Shown: positions 21,978 through 32,539 of the stretch, in pieces
How the letters are laid out: every line of letters starts with the position of its first letter
Position numbering within the stretch: the stretch's first letter is position 1
Program-made: the position numbers and the translations under genes
The notes under the pieces: generated by a model
Databases searched by the model: none
The model's input: only the letters and a program-made list of their open reading frames with translations
What the model was told of the DNA's origin: nothing
Source: Takakia lepidozioides
Taxonomy: Eukaryota; Plantae; Bryophyta
Direction of reading: 5' to 3'
Assembly: GCA_030704615.1 (NCBI GenBank)
Contig: CM060732.1
Location: 25,234,001-25,298,000 of the forward strand
Length of the DNA stretch: 64,000 bases

Positions 21978-22496
21978 GATTAATAGCGCCTTGACGATGC
22001 ACTAAATGTAAGAAAGGTGGCCTAGGGTTCAAATCTTGCATGACGGTATGATACACAGAAATGGAATTAAACAACCATTTTTTGAAATAAAAATAAAGGA
22101 AACCTGTGAGCGACTGCTCACAATTCAGCCCCTTGAGGAGGGGGAAAAATTAACCCCCTTTCAGATAAGCAATTGGGCACACAGGAAGGAAAGATCACCA
22201 CCAGACCAACCGGTCACTAACAATCCACACACTGCGCACGGCAGCGGGTTAGAACCCTGTACCACAGGGCGACGCACTGTGCACTTACCAGCTGAGCTAC
22301 CAGCCAGCATTTTTCAATTTGATGAAACAAAAACTCATAAACTCTCAAAAAAATTCCAAGTCCTGGATAAGGCAGCATACCCTGTCTGCCTGGATAAGTA
22401 GCAGCAGACCCTAGGGCGTGGGACCGGGGTGACCCTTTGTTTTGACGTGCCAGGGTCCACAGGCCTCACGCTTGTGCATTGAAGACGCTATTAATC
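21978..22496. mobile_element. MITE-like element with ~24-bp TIRs containing a tRNA-derived SINE head
   Basis: GATTAATAGCGCCTTGACGATGCAC versus GTGCATTGAAGACGCTATTAATC. Minus-strand A box TAGCTCAGCTGG and B box GGTTCTAACCC lie at ~22240-22305. Confidence 0.6.
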
Positions 22497-22563
22497 TAAA
22501 ATGAGAGCCAATTTCCATTACCATTCAATTATAATCCGAGCTGCAAGTGCATTTCGTTGGTGT

Positions 22564-22635
22564 GCCTTTATAGCTCAGTGGTAGAGCGTCAGTCTTGTAA
22601 ACTGAAGGTCCAGAGTTCGATCCTCTGTGGAGGCA
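22564..22635 (+). tRNA. trnT-UGU: tRNA-Thr (anticodon TGT)
   Basis: GCCTTTATAGCTCAGTGGTAGAGCGTCAGTCTTGTAAACTGAAGGTCCAGAGTTCGATCCTCTGTGGAGGCA forms a full cloverleaf, with anticodon stem TCAGT/ACTGA and a TTTT terminator just downstream. Confidence 0.95.
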
Positions 22636-23297
22636 CCTTTTCTTCGGTGCTCGGCCGTGAGTGTCGGGTTATGATCTGACTGCGCATACTACAAGCCTTC
22701 TCTACGCTACCGGTCTGACGTTACTAGGAAGGCGAACGCACCTCGTTTTCAACGGCTCATGGTCGTCAAATCACATCTCAGCCAAACATGGAAGCTTTGT
22801 GGGAAGACACGTGTTAGAGTCTACGGCGGCGGCGACGTTGAGCGATGGAACAGAAGACCGGCGGCTTCGCTTTGCACGGACTTGATACATCTATAGATTA
22901 CCTACTTCCGATTCGCCACGTCTAATAATTTTCCACGGTCAACCTGCCATCGAAGCGCTTCGAAACTTACCGAAAGTACTCTGTACTCTGTACCTACGAG
23001 AACTGTTATCAGTTTTAAAATTTAAGAAAAACAATTAAAGCACTTTTGTCCAATGTGATAAGTATTTTAATTTTTTGTTTGTTTGTTTTTGTTTTTTCTG
23101 TTTTTACATTTTTTGTTTTTGGAACAGGGAACAACAGTCAGTAAATCAGTTGGTTATGCCACCTAGATTTATTCTGGGGTCAAACCTTGCTTCTTGACAC
23201 GTTTGGTATACTCATATACTCTTCTCCCCTTCCCAGGGCGGTGTCCCATTTCTCAGCCTCCATGGCACGGTTACTAAGAGCTCCTCTCACTATCAAG

Positions 23298-23828
23298 GGC
23301 CTGATTTGTGAGCTATCGCTCCCAGGTGTTTCCCTTTATTAAAAATTATAAAATAAAAATTCAAAAACAAAACAGGGGACAGAGGCCCTGGAATAAATTA
23401 GAAACTGTGGAAATAATAACCACCAAGTGGTCATGAGGGCTTACAGAGGGGAAACCACATGGAGTACATTTTAAATTATGATCTTAGAAAACTATAACAT
23501 CAAAGCTGAGGATCCTTGGAGTTACCTTGTCGCCACTGCGGATTCTGCATATTGAGTCCACAGTGGCCTGATTTGTGAGCTATCGCTCCCAGGTGTTTCC
23601 CTTTATTAAAAATTATAAAATAAAAATTCGAAAACAAAACAGGGGACAGAGGCCCTGGAATAAATTAGAAACTATGGAAATAATAACCACCGAGAGGCCA
23701 TGAGGGCTTACAGAGGGGAAACCACATGGAGTACGTTTTAAATTAGGATCTTAGAGAACTATAACATCAAAGCTGAGGACCCTGGAGTTCCCTTGTCGCC
23801 ACTGCGGATTCTGCATATTGAGTCCACA
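23298..23828 (+). repeat. Recent tandem duplication, 267-bp period
   Basis: GGCCTGATTTGTGAGC...GATTCTGCATATTGAGTCCACA occurs at 23298-23562 and 23565-23828 with few substitutions. Confidence 0.92.
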
Positions 23829-26100
23829 AAAAAGATCTTGGAGGTAAAAGATAAGGAAATGTCGGAGGTTGTGCATTACACAGTGTAATCGTTGTGCATT
23901 ATATACAATGTGCGTTATATTTTTTTGTATTGCCCTCAGTACTCTCGTGGATGTGGATGGCTTTTTCACTGTATAATGAAAGGATATTAACGAAGAGAAA
24001 TCAGCCCCAGTTCTTTACGTTCCCCTTACTCCATTATCCGAACTAGCCTAATCGCTGCGTGTGGAAGGGGATGACCGCATATCATGGGTCGCCCTTCGCC
24101 AAGGCTCCTCATTATATATTATATGCGGTTATTGCCTTCCATGCAACGATTACCTCACTTCATATAGGATAGCACATGGATGAAACTGCGGCCTCTTGGA
24201 TAATGAGCAATGATTAAGGGAGATCATGTTTTACTGTGTCATATCGGCGCCTCCAGATGCGAGCTTGACAGTTGAAAAACTTCAGATCTGTCCTCTCGTA
24301 CATTAACTTTTTGTGTAGGAGATATTGCCAGGGACCAGATCTACATCAACTCGCCCCTAAACGATCCCTGTATGAAACATTCCGCCTCGTCAGTTCGACC
24401 TCCTGGGCTCGCCCCTGTTTCGTGGAATGATCCCTCAGGGATCAAAGTATGGCAATTTGTTGCGATCCATAGAGCTTATTTTTCCGCCCACTACAGCTTA
24501 ATGGTATTATTGTAAAGAATCTGAATGTACAAGCGAATGGTATCTAGCCTCTACTGTTTCATCAATGAATATGGCTAATTAGAAGCCTCTAAAAGTCATA
24601 GTGGAATGTGGCAAATGTAATCACTATGGAGCTGAAGGTTGCATAGAACGTAAAAGCGTAGCAACAACAGCAGGATCAGGATAATGTGACAGTTTTGCAG
24701 GTTTTGAAACTGATGCCCGCCAATATTGTATGTAGTCACAGATACATGTTGGTCGTACTTGTTCATGTGCTCTCGCAAAGCAGAGCTGCCTTCAAGAGTA
24801 TTCCAGAATTCAAGTTTAGGATATTCCTCAACAATCTTAGGCCCCTGCCGCACCGGGCTGCTAGCGTAAAACACTTGCTAACGGCTTAGCAGGCCCGTTT
24901 TCCTAACAGCTGCTCCAACTAAAATTATCTCTGCCGCACCGAAAAGTTACCGTAACAAAGGTTAGCGCGAAGTTTTAGTTTTAAAGCATCGTTCGCTGCC
25001 CGTGCCCGTTTTCCCTCGCCACGTTTGCTCGGCGTTTCTCCTGATGCCTCTCCAGGCTGATACAGCATTTGTATAGAACCATGAGTGGATGTCCTGTCTG
25101 ACACTAACAAAGGGCCCGGAGGACGGACAAAGTAGAATGACAAGAAACCAACTTCATTACCTCCAAAGGGGTGCCCAAGAGCCATGGAATGAAGTAAAGA
25201 GGGAGAAGAGTTGTCAGTGCATGTATAGGTAATTCCAGTTTGTGTTCTGGGGTTGTTTGGATTTATATTTAATGGCTCATAGTGACATCCTACTAGAAGT
25301 AAGCTTGTTGTTTCTGGCATTGCTTATTTGGTCCTTTACTAGAAACACATGTGTAACTTGTGGAGGGGATTGCACAAACTAGTATGAGAGAAGACCAGGC
25401 TTGTGAGTGAGAATGAAGGGATGGACCCTTCCAGAGTTTCTTGCAAATGTGAGCCAGATGTACCCTTTGAGGCATAGTCCCCACAGGCTATCAACCCTAG
25501 AGATGGGTTGTGTATCCATCAGTGTGATGGAGTTGTGTACCCATCAGTGTGCACACAGCCAACCATTATGTAGAGGCAGTACATATTCTATTTAATTTCT
25601 TGAATTGCACAATGCCCACAAATTCCTTTGTTGTTATCTTTACATCATGCTCGTCATATGGAGTGAAACTAATATTTAACTTCAATTTCACATTACCCTA
25701 GTTCCCAGAAGAAATGTTTAAGGTCAATGATAGAGTTCATCAATTCACTTTTTGCAAACATGCCATGGAGCTCAGGGTGAGGCAGCACCAAGGAGGCCTA
25801 TGGTGACTGGTTTTGTTAAGGGCCTGAAGAGTAGTGGAGAGGGTTCTCCAGAAATGAGGTAATGAATCGGAAAGGGTGGACCTGTTTCCAGAAGAGGCTA
25901 CGAAGTTTAGAGTGTATTATATGTTCTCAAGGGAAATATGATGTTTATTGTCATGTCATTAGACCTTTGGGTGTCTCTGACCACATTGAATGTTTATGGT
26001 TTATATAACTTGCATGGCACTATCACCTGGCTGCCCAGTGATCAAAGGGGCCACATCCAAGGGGCCACATCCAGTGCATCACCTCCCCCATCCCACCTGC

Positions 26101-26238
26101 ATTTCTAGAGGATATCTGGAAAACTCGGATCAATTGTCTATTTCAAGGTAAGTCATACGACCAGCGTGAGCCCCTGACAAAGGTAGTTTCTGCCCCTTTG
26201 TGTCCTGCTCAAATTGGGCACGGGTCAATGGCCACAAT
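26101..26238 (+). mobile_element. 3'-end fragment of the same LINE family as 58982-63015
   Basis: TTTCTAGAGGATATCTGGAAA...CAAGGTAAGTCATAC..GAGCCCCTGACAAAGGTA...AATGGCCACAA matches the LINE ORF end and 3' UTR. Confidence 0.8.
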
Positions 26239-28600
26239 CTTCATAGAATGCACTGGCTGCTAGTTCAGGACTTTGATGATGTGGCACCGGGAATTCTGGC
26301 AAGGGCACTAGCCTACTTCTCATTGGCCTCAACAACTACTTGGGCCTTCTCCACCAGCTTGTTGATGTGGGCAGCTAGTGCATCAGCTTCCTTTTCTTGT
26401 GCCTTTGCCATACTCTGCCTTATCTGCACATCACTAGCATCCTGCACAGCAGATATGTAGCCAGAAATTGAAGTTGAACTATGTGTACTTTGTACACATG
26501 TTTATGTAGCGCTCTCTCTATCTCATGATGTCTACACACTACATAACAAGAGGGAGAAGGAATGAGAACTAAATTCACATGTTAGACGGCCCATTAATCC
26601 CAAACAATGAGAATATGCATTTGCACATGATTTTGTCCTTCCACTCCCTTCTGAGCAAATAAAGGATGTGCCTAGAATTCGTACCTTAGTGAAAATATTG
26701 GATGCTTCTTCAACATCAAAAGATTGCAAAATGCTAATAGTCGCCTCCTTTCTTTTACAACAAAGGGAACAGGGTGGAGAGACAGACATGCATGTGGTAT
26801 ATATCAGAATGCCAATCCTCACAGCCTAATTTGTCCCATTCAATTCTAAGTCCTACCTTGCATGCACCCAAAAATCCTGGCAGAAGAGTGACCGGCACTT
26901 TGGCAGGTCTTGACTAGCGTTGCCACGCTCTGGCAGCGAACGCAACCTCTGCCAGAAGCAGGCCAGCCCCTACTCCCCAGAATGTTGCTACACGATGCCT
27001 GTCTCTACTATCCGCTGCCATACTCCTACCATTACAAAACACTTGTTATATCTTCTTGCCTCCCGGATACGTTAGCTAATGTATTAGCCATGGGGACTGC
27101 AGCTACTGGTCGCTTGTTGAGCAGAGTGCCATTCAGGCTGCCGGTGTCCATCAGCTCCCACTTTGCTGCCTGCAACCACTCAAATGCCGACATTCACTCA
27201 TCTTATTCCAGTCTCTTAGAAACCACTCTTGTTGCCAACTTATACCCTTGTCCAACTGTTTCATTTTTCCCGAATTTTTAACTCTCACAGCCTCTCTTTC
27301 TTCTTCTTCCTCTATCTCTCTAGGCCTTCGTGCTCCCACTTAACAACAACCTATCGTAGCCAGCTTCTTCTCCTTCATTGCCTTCTAGAATGGTAGATAG
27401 AGCACTTCTGACTTCATTCCCCTCTCCTTCTCTGCTTGTCTAATGTCACTGAAGGTCTATGGCAAAGGCTACAACAAACACAATTATTCAGTACGTCACT
27501 TTATCTTCTTATTCCTCTTGGTTGATTTGACAACTCAAGGAACAGAGAGAGTAGCGCGGTGATAGAGCCCCTGTACCTAATTCAAGAGGTCTAGGATTGA
27601 TGTCCTTGCTAACAAACAAGGGAGGTTTCTGGGGACATAAATGAATGGAGTCAATGTCTGCAGAATAAGGGGAGGAGGTCTTGGCAGAGAGTTCACATGC
27701 TTGGAGGAGGCACTCATCTGCACCGTGTTTCAGCTGGACTTCATTCCTCTTCTTTTCAGGCATCCTGTTTGCATACAAAAAATTTGAGGGGAATGAAAAC
27801 TAACCCTGGAATTCCATGTAATGACTGCATGCTTCCCTGCTGGCTATTGCACCCAACCAAACTTTCAAAGAGACTGAGCAACGACAACACCTTCAACTTT
27901 CAACGAGAGACTGAGCATCCTTCATTTCAAAATGACCCACGACCTTCGGCTATGGGGTACAGGATGGACTCTGGGTGCTGACACTAGAAGCATTCGTGTC
28001 TTTTCCGAATCGACTACATACAACCGAACCACTTGGTAGTAAACTGGACTACTGGAGAGTAGAAACAGACAATGTGGGCCCATGGGGGCATTTCAGACGG
28101 CGGAGAGAAGTGGGGTCGACAACTCCGGAGTCGTAGCAGAATTCCGGGCTATTTTATGAATTGCGTAAATACATAAAATTTGAAAAAGCCAAAATTACAA
28201 GTGATTATAATTACTGCACATGCGACTACAAATTTCTTTTCCTAATTCGATTAATGGAATAAAGATATTTATTCATTAAAGTGAATATGTAGTCGACTCA
28301 ACGACTCCATGAACCAGTGCGCATTCATGGCACCCATGATTCGGCAGCAAATGATTCGGCAGCACATTTGCTGACGTGGCTTTCACAAAAAGAGGTAAAC
28401 TAAATGTGGCCTTGGGGGAATAGATATTTTAATACATGCTGCCTCCACATGGCAGAGACATGGATGCAAGTGCTTCTTCGGACATGGCGGGACGTGGGAA
28501 TGCGAATCTTGACACGGCAAGACCTTCGTATACTGAGCGCGCGTAGTGGTTTCTCAGAAGGGTGTAATGATGAAAGGAAAAAGAAATCATCCCATTTCTT

Positions 28601-28728
28601 TATGCAGAGGAAGCCCCTTCTGTCGGGCGCTCCTTGAATTTTATGCCAGGGCCGAGTGCGGTAGCCATCGGCCCTTGCCCGCATAAAATTCAAGGGGCGC
28701 CCGACATGAGGGGCCTTCCTCTATACAT
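28601..28728. repeat. Long inverted repeat (stem-loop, ~45-bp arms)
   Basis: AGAGGAAGCCCCTTCTGTCGGGCGCTCCTTGAATTTTATGC versus GCATAAAATTCAAGGGGCGCCCGACATGAGGGGCCTTCCTCT, with a partial third arm at ~28801-28840. Confidence 0.85.
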
Positions 28729-31700
28729 AAAATCGAGTAGGTAGGCATGGAAAGTGAGTAAGTTAGGAGGGATTCTGCGATTTACAGCCCGAGGCCCTAA
28801 ATAAAATTCAAGGAGCGCCCCACGGCCTTCCTCTATACATTAAAAGCAGGTGGGTCGCTGCCACTTTTGAGACTAATTCTCAGGCCAAATCAGCCACCCT
28901 GTGTACTGCCGATTCGGCAGGCAGAATCCGCAGGGATGGCCGATTATGCATCGGGGACGGCAGATCAACTACCCAGGCCCATGTCATCAGCCATCAATTC
29001 GCCCGCACACCAAATGAGGCTCGCCCCGTTTATATCCTCTCCGGGGCTCTGAATCTGGGCAATCGATATGGGATAATTGGACCCAATCATATTGCACCAG
29101 GTGGCGGAGAGAATACGCCACAACCTCCTTTTAACGCCAGTGAATGGGCCGTGTTGGGCCGACTCTGCTTTGCGGCAGAGTCGGCCCAACACGGCCCGTT
29201 CTCTAAGTTAGTACGTAAGGAATTTTCAAAAAAACTCTTTTGTATTTCGAGTGGGCTTATTTTGTGGAATAAAGTGCCAGGCTGGCGAGTAGCGCCAGTG
29301 GCTTACAGTCCGTAACGCTACTCGCCAGCCTGGCAAGGCACTTTTTTCTTTACGCAGGGTAAGCAACCCACGCGCGTTGCTTCACTGGTTCTCGCCCCTT
29401 GCCACGAGGGCGTCGGGCTCCGCCCTCGTAGGAGGGATTCTGCGATTTACGCTTCCAGGTCTAAGTAAAGTAATCTGCATCAACTGACCTTATTAGCGTA
29501 CACAGCATTGGGTCGGTATTGGAAAACAAATATTAGAAAATAACAATAATTGACCTTGACAGCCACGAGTTTCTTTCTTCCTGACACGTGGGGGAACTCT
29601 ACCCATTATATACCCGGGGACGCGTGACAGGCCGGACACAACACCGGGTGAAGCAGGACGCAGAGGACAGGTTCGCCCAGGGAAATGACGGGTCGGGCGC
29701 CCCGAGAGGACCTCCCGGGAAAGTACCGGGCTAAAGTGCTCTGCGTAAGGTAGCTATGGCGCTCGCCGGCTTTCTTGGTAGGAGGGACTATTATGCGATG
29801 AGGCTCTCGTTGTCAGCCATTTCTGTCTTGCTTGCCGTGCCTGCATCCTTCGCTCACTGCTGCATCCTGCTTCGATTTCGTTTTACATATCTTTCTCGCT
29901 TCTTTTCCCTCTTGCGGAGTTGCACCTGCTGCCCCTTGAGTGTTGGAGGCGGTAGCTCTGTCGTTGAGGATAGGTGCCTGTGTCTCAAGGAACTAGCTTT
30001 GAGAGAGTTTTCACCTCCCCCGCAGCTCTCTCTCAGACGTTTGTGGCTCGGATCACTCTGATGCTTCTCCGACGCTTGAAATTCCGTCATGAAGATTGAG
30101 GCGCTCAATGGTAGATGAGATCAAGAGCCTGGCTCAAGAGTGGAAACGAAGGGGCGGATCAGGGGCCACCAAGCAGGTAGGTGATGCTATTTGGCAGAGA
30201 GCTGAGGATCCTGTCTGCTCGTTGCAATTTCTCTTCCTTCGACAAAATTTCAGTTCTCTACCAGTTTGCATTTCTCATAACATGTGGTTCCTGAAGTATT
30301 TCTAAATTGGTGTGGCGTTCATCATTTCAATTCAGCAGCTTGGTGAACTTTGCGCACCTGCATTATTATTCAATTTCGATTCTAACCCTTTTTAAAATAA
30401 AATGAATGAACTTCTAGGGTTTTTCAGATACTTTAGCGGCTAACTATATGTAACTGGAAGGTGCGGACGTCAGTTTCTACTTAGCAGGGCCATGTCATGT
30501 TTCGTGTACTCAGTACCTAGAGTCGGATATGCAGGATTTAACTTGGAGGTGTTCATCTTTAATCAAGCAGAAAGACTGATCCTCGAGGGGGACGTTATTC
30601 AGTAGAAACTGTATTGTACGCAGTCGACTTTCTCTCTGAGGAGGAGGTGAGGCTGGTAGTTTGGTATTCGCTGCTTTAAAGTTTACTCAGCTGTTGAAAG
30701 TCTCTTCTTTGCTTCACTGTATATGCTCTCTGTAGGCCCCGTCGGAGCTCAGATGTCTAGTTGTTACGGTGTTTGCTTCATCGAGGTAGATAATCTATCA
30801 GAAGCAACGAAGTGCTGAAATTTTTAGCAGCTTTTTTGAAATTGAGAATCATGAAGACAAAACTATTTTTCTAGGAATTCTATTAAGATTGCAGAACGGA
30901 TAGGGGATAGGGGCAGAACAGGTAGAGCTAGACAAAGAGAACATGTCACCATTTTATTTGGTGGTGAAATCCTCTCGCTGAGGAATGGCTTGTTGTAGTC
31001 TCTACTTAGCAGACACAAAGCAACTGTTTTGCAGGCCTGTGGGAATCCTTAAAGAGCAAAATCTGCTCAGGAAGTTATGAAGCTTTGAGAACACTAGAAC
31101 TTCCTGAGGAAGATGGAGCTCAGGAAGTGAAGGTCACTGCTGTTTTACAAGGGATTTTGGTGGATCGGCTTCCCACAAATGGAAATTTGGAGCTATATTG
31201 AGGTGTAAAGAGAAGCTCTGATCATTGTAAAAAAACAGTCATGTTTGAGAAGACAAATTATGATACAATTCTCCATCCTTTTCAGCCACATGGCAGTTCC
31301 TATTCCAGCAATGCACTACGGCAGGTATGTTCCAGTCCTGGCTGTTGATACAATGCCTACAAGGATCCTTGTTTGACTCTCTTTGGTCCTCAGGCTCTAG
31401 AACTTCTCTTGAAAGACAAGCCTAGAAAAATTGTGGACAAATCTCTTCTTGAAAATCACTTCACCCTGTAGATCTGATGTTTCCAGTTAAGGACAAGATT
31501 GCTGTGATCTTTAAATGTACTTCTATGTTCGTTGCTGGTGAGATTTTGGAGCCTTTGTAGCTAATGAAGTGATAAAAAATTACGGTTGCACATCAGAGTT
31601 TTGACACACGGACTGTGAAAATGTGAATGTTTGTTTGCTGTTACATTTGGCCCATGTTCTTGGCAAGGGCACCACTAGGACCTTTTGTAGCTGAGTGTTG

Positions 31701-32216
31701 CCCTGTTATAGCACTTTCAGTGCAGTAGGCTTCGAATCTGCTTTAGCACCCTGTTATACTATTGCTGTCCTGAGAATATGTGTAAAAGGAGCAGTCTGAT
31801 TTGGTGGACTGTGAAGAGGACATTGTCTAACTTCAAGTAGCGGGAAGAGGTGTAGGGGCAAAGTGAGACTGAGACTTGTGTTGATGAATTGGACAGATGG
31901 TCCTCAACTGTCTAAAGAAGCGTGCAGCAGAATTCACTATGTGTGTTGATTCTAACAAGGTGAGCTTGTTGACATTCCAAGAATCATTATTTTTTTTGTG
32001 GCATGACGAGAAGCCTCTTGCATAGCTCGGGGCCGATGTATGATGGTAGGTGAGGACAGTAAACTGAACATACGATGGAAGGATGGAAGCACCCTGGTTG
32101 TTTGGATTCAAGCAGGAAATGCAGATGGTATACAGAGTTTAAAGAACAAGTTACTGTACCACGGCATGTGAGGAGAGAGATTACCACAATTTTAATCTGT
32201 TCTCTATGTTGTTGAC

Positions 32217-32506
32217 ATGCAGGATTTCTGGGTGGGGAAGGATACCAGGAAAATCTCGTCAGTGTGGAAGTTGTTTATGCTGGTGGTGGTTGGGGTTTGT
32301 GGCATCTACGTTTGCATGGTAGGTGTGGATCGTAGACACACATACCCGCAATTGCAGCAGGATCTCTTTTGGAAAGACTGGAATCAGGGAAATTACTCCT
32401 GCCCTAGGCATATCTCGTCTCTCGACTTCCCTCAACATCATCCCCGGCCAGTGACTTTTGACCGGTACTTGCACCTGATTGTCTTTTCAGAAGTGGATTG
32501 CTGTGC

Positions 32507-32539
<33 letters not shown>

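Noticed and set aside
22239-22308. Second tRNA gene on the minus strand (also 19560-19620 on plus)
   Set aside because: A and B boxes are present but there is no proper cloverleaf or anticodon arm, so it is treated as a SINE-derived head.
24000-25070. Possible organellar insertion or unknown exon(s)
   Set aside because: No recognisable organellar gene or protein motif. It cannot be supported without a BLAST search.
25380-28200. Decayed coding-like sequence with a coiled-coil stretch (26200-26460, minus strand)
   Set aside because: Multiple stops and no diagnostic motif. It is probably an old transposon ORF but cannot be assigned.
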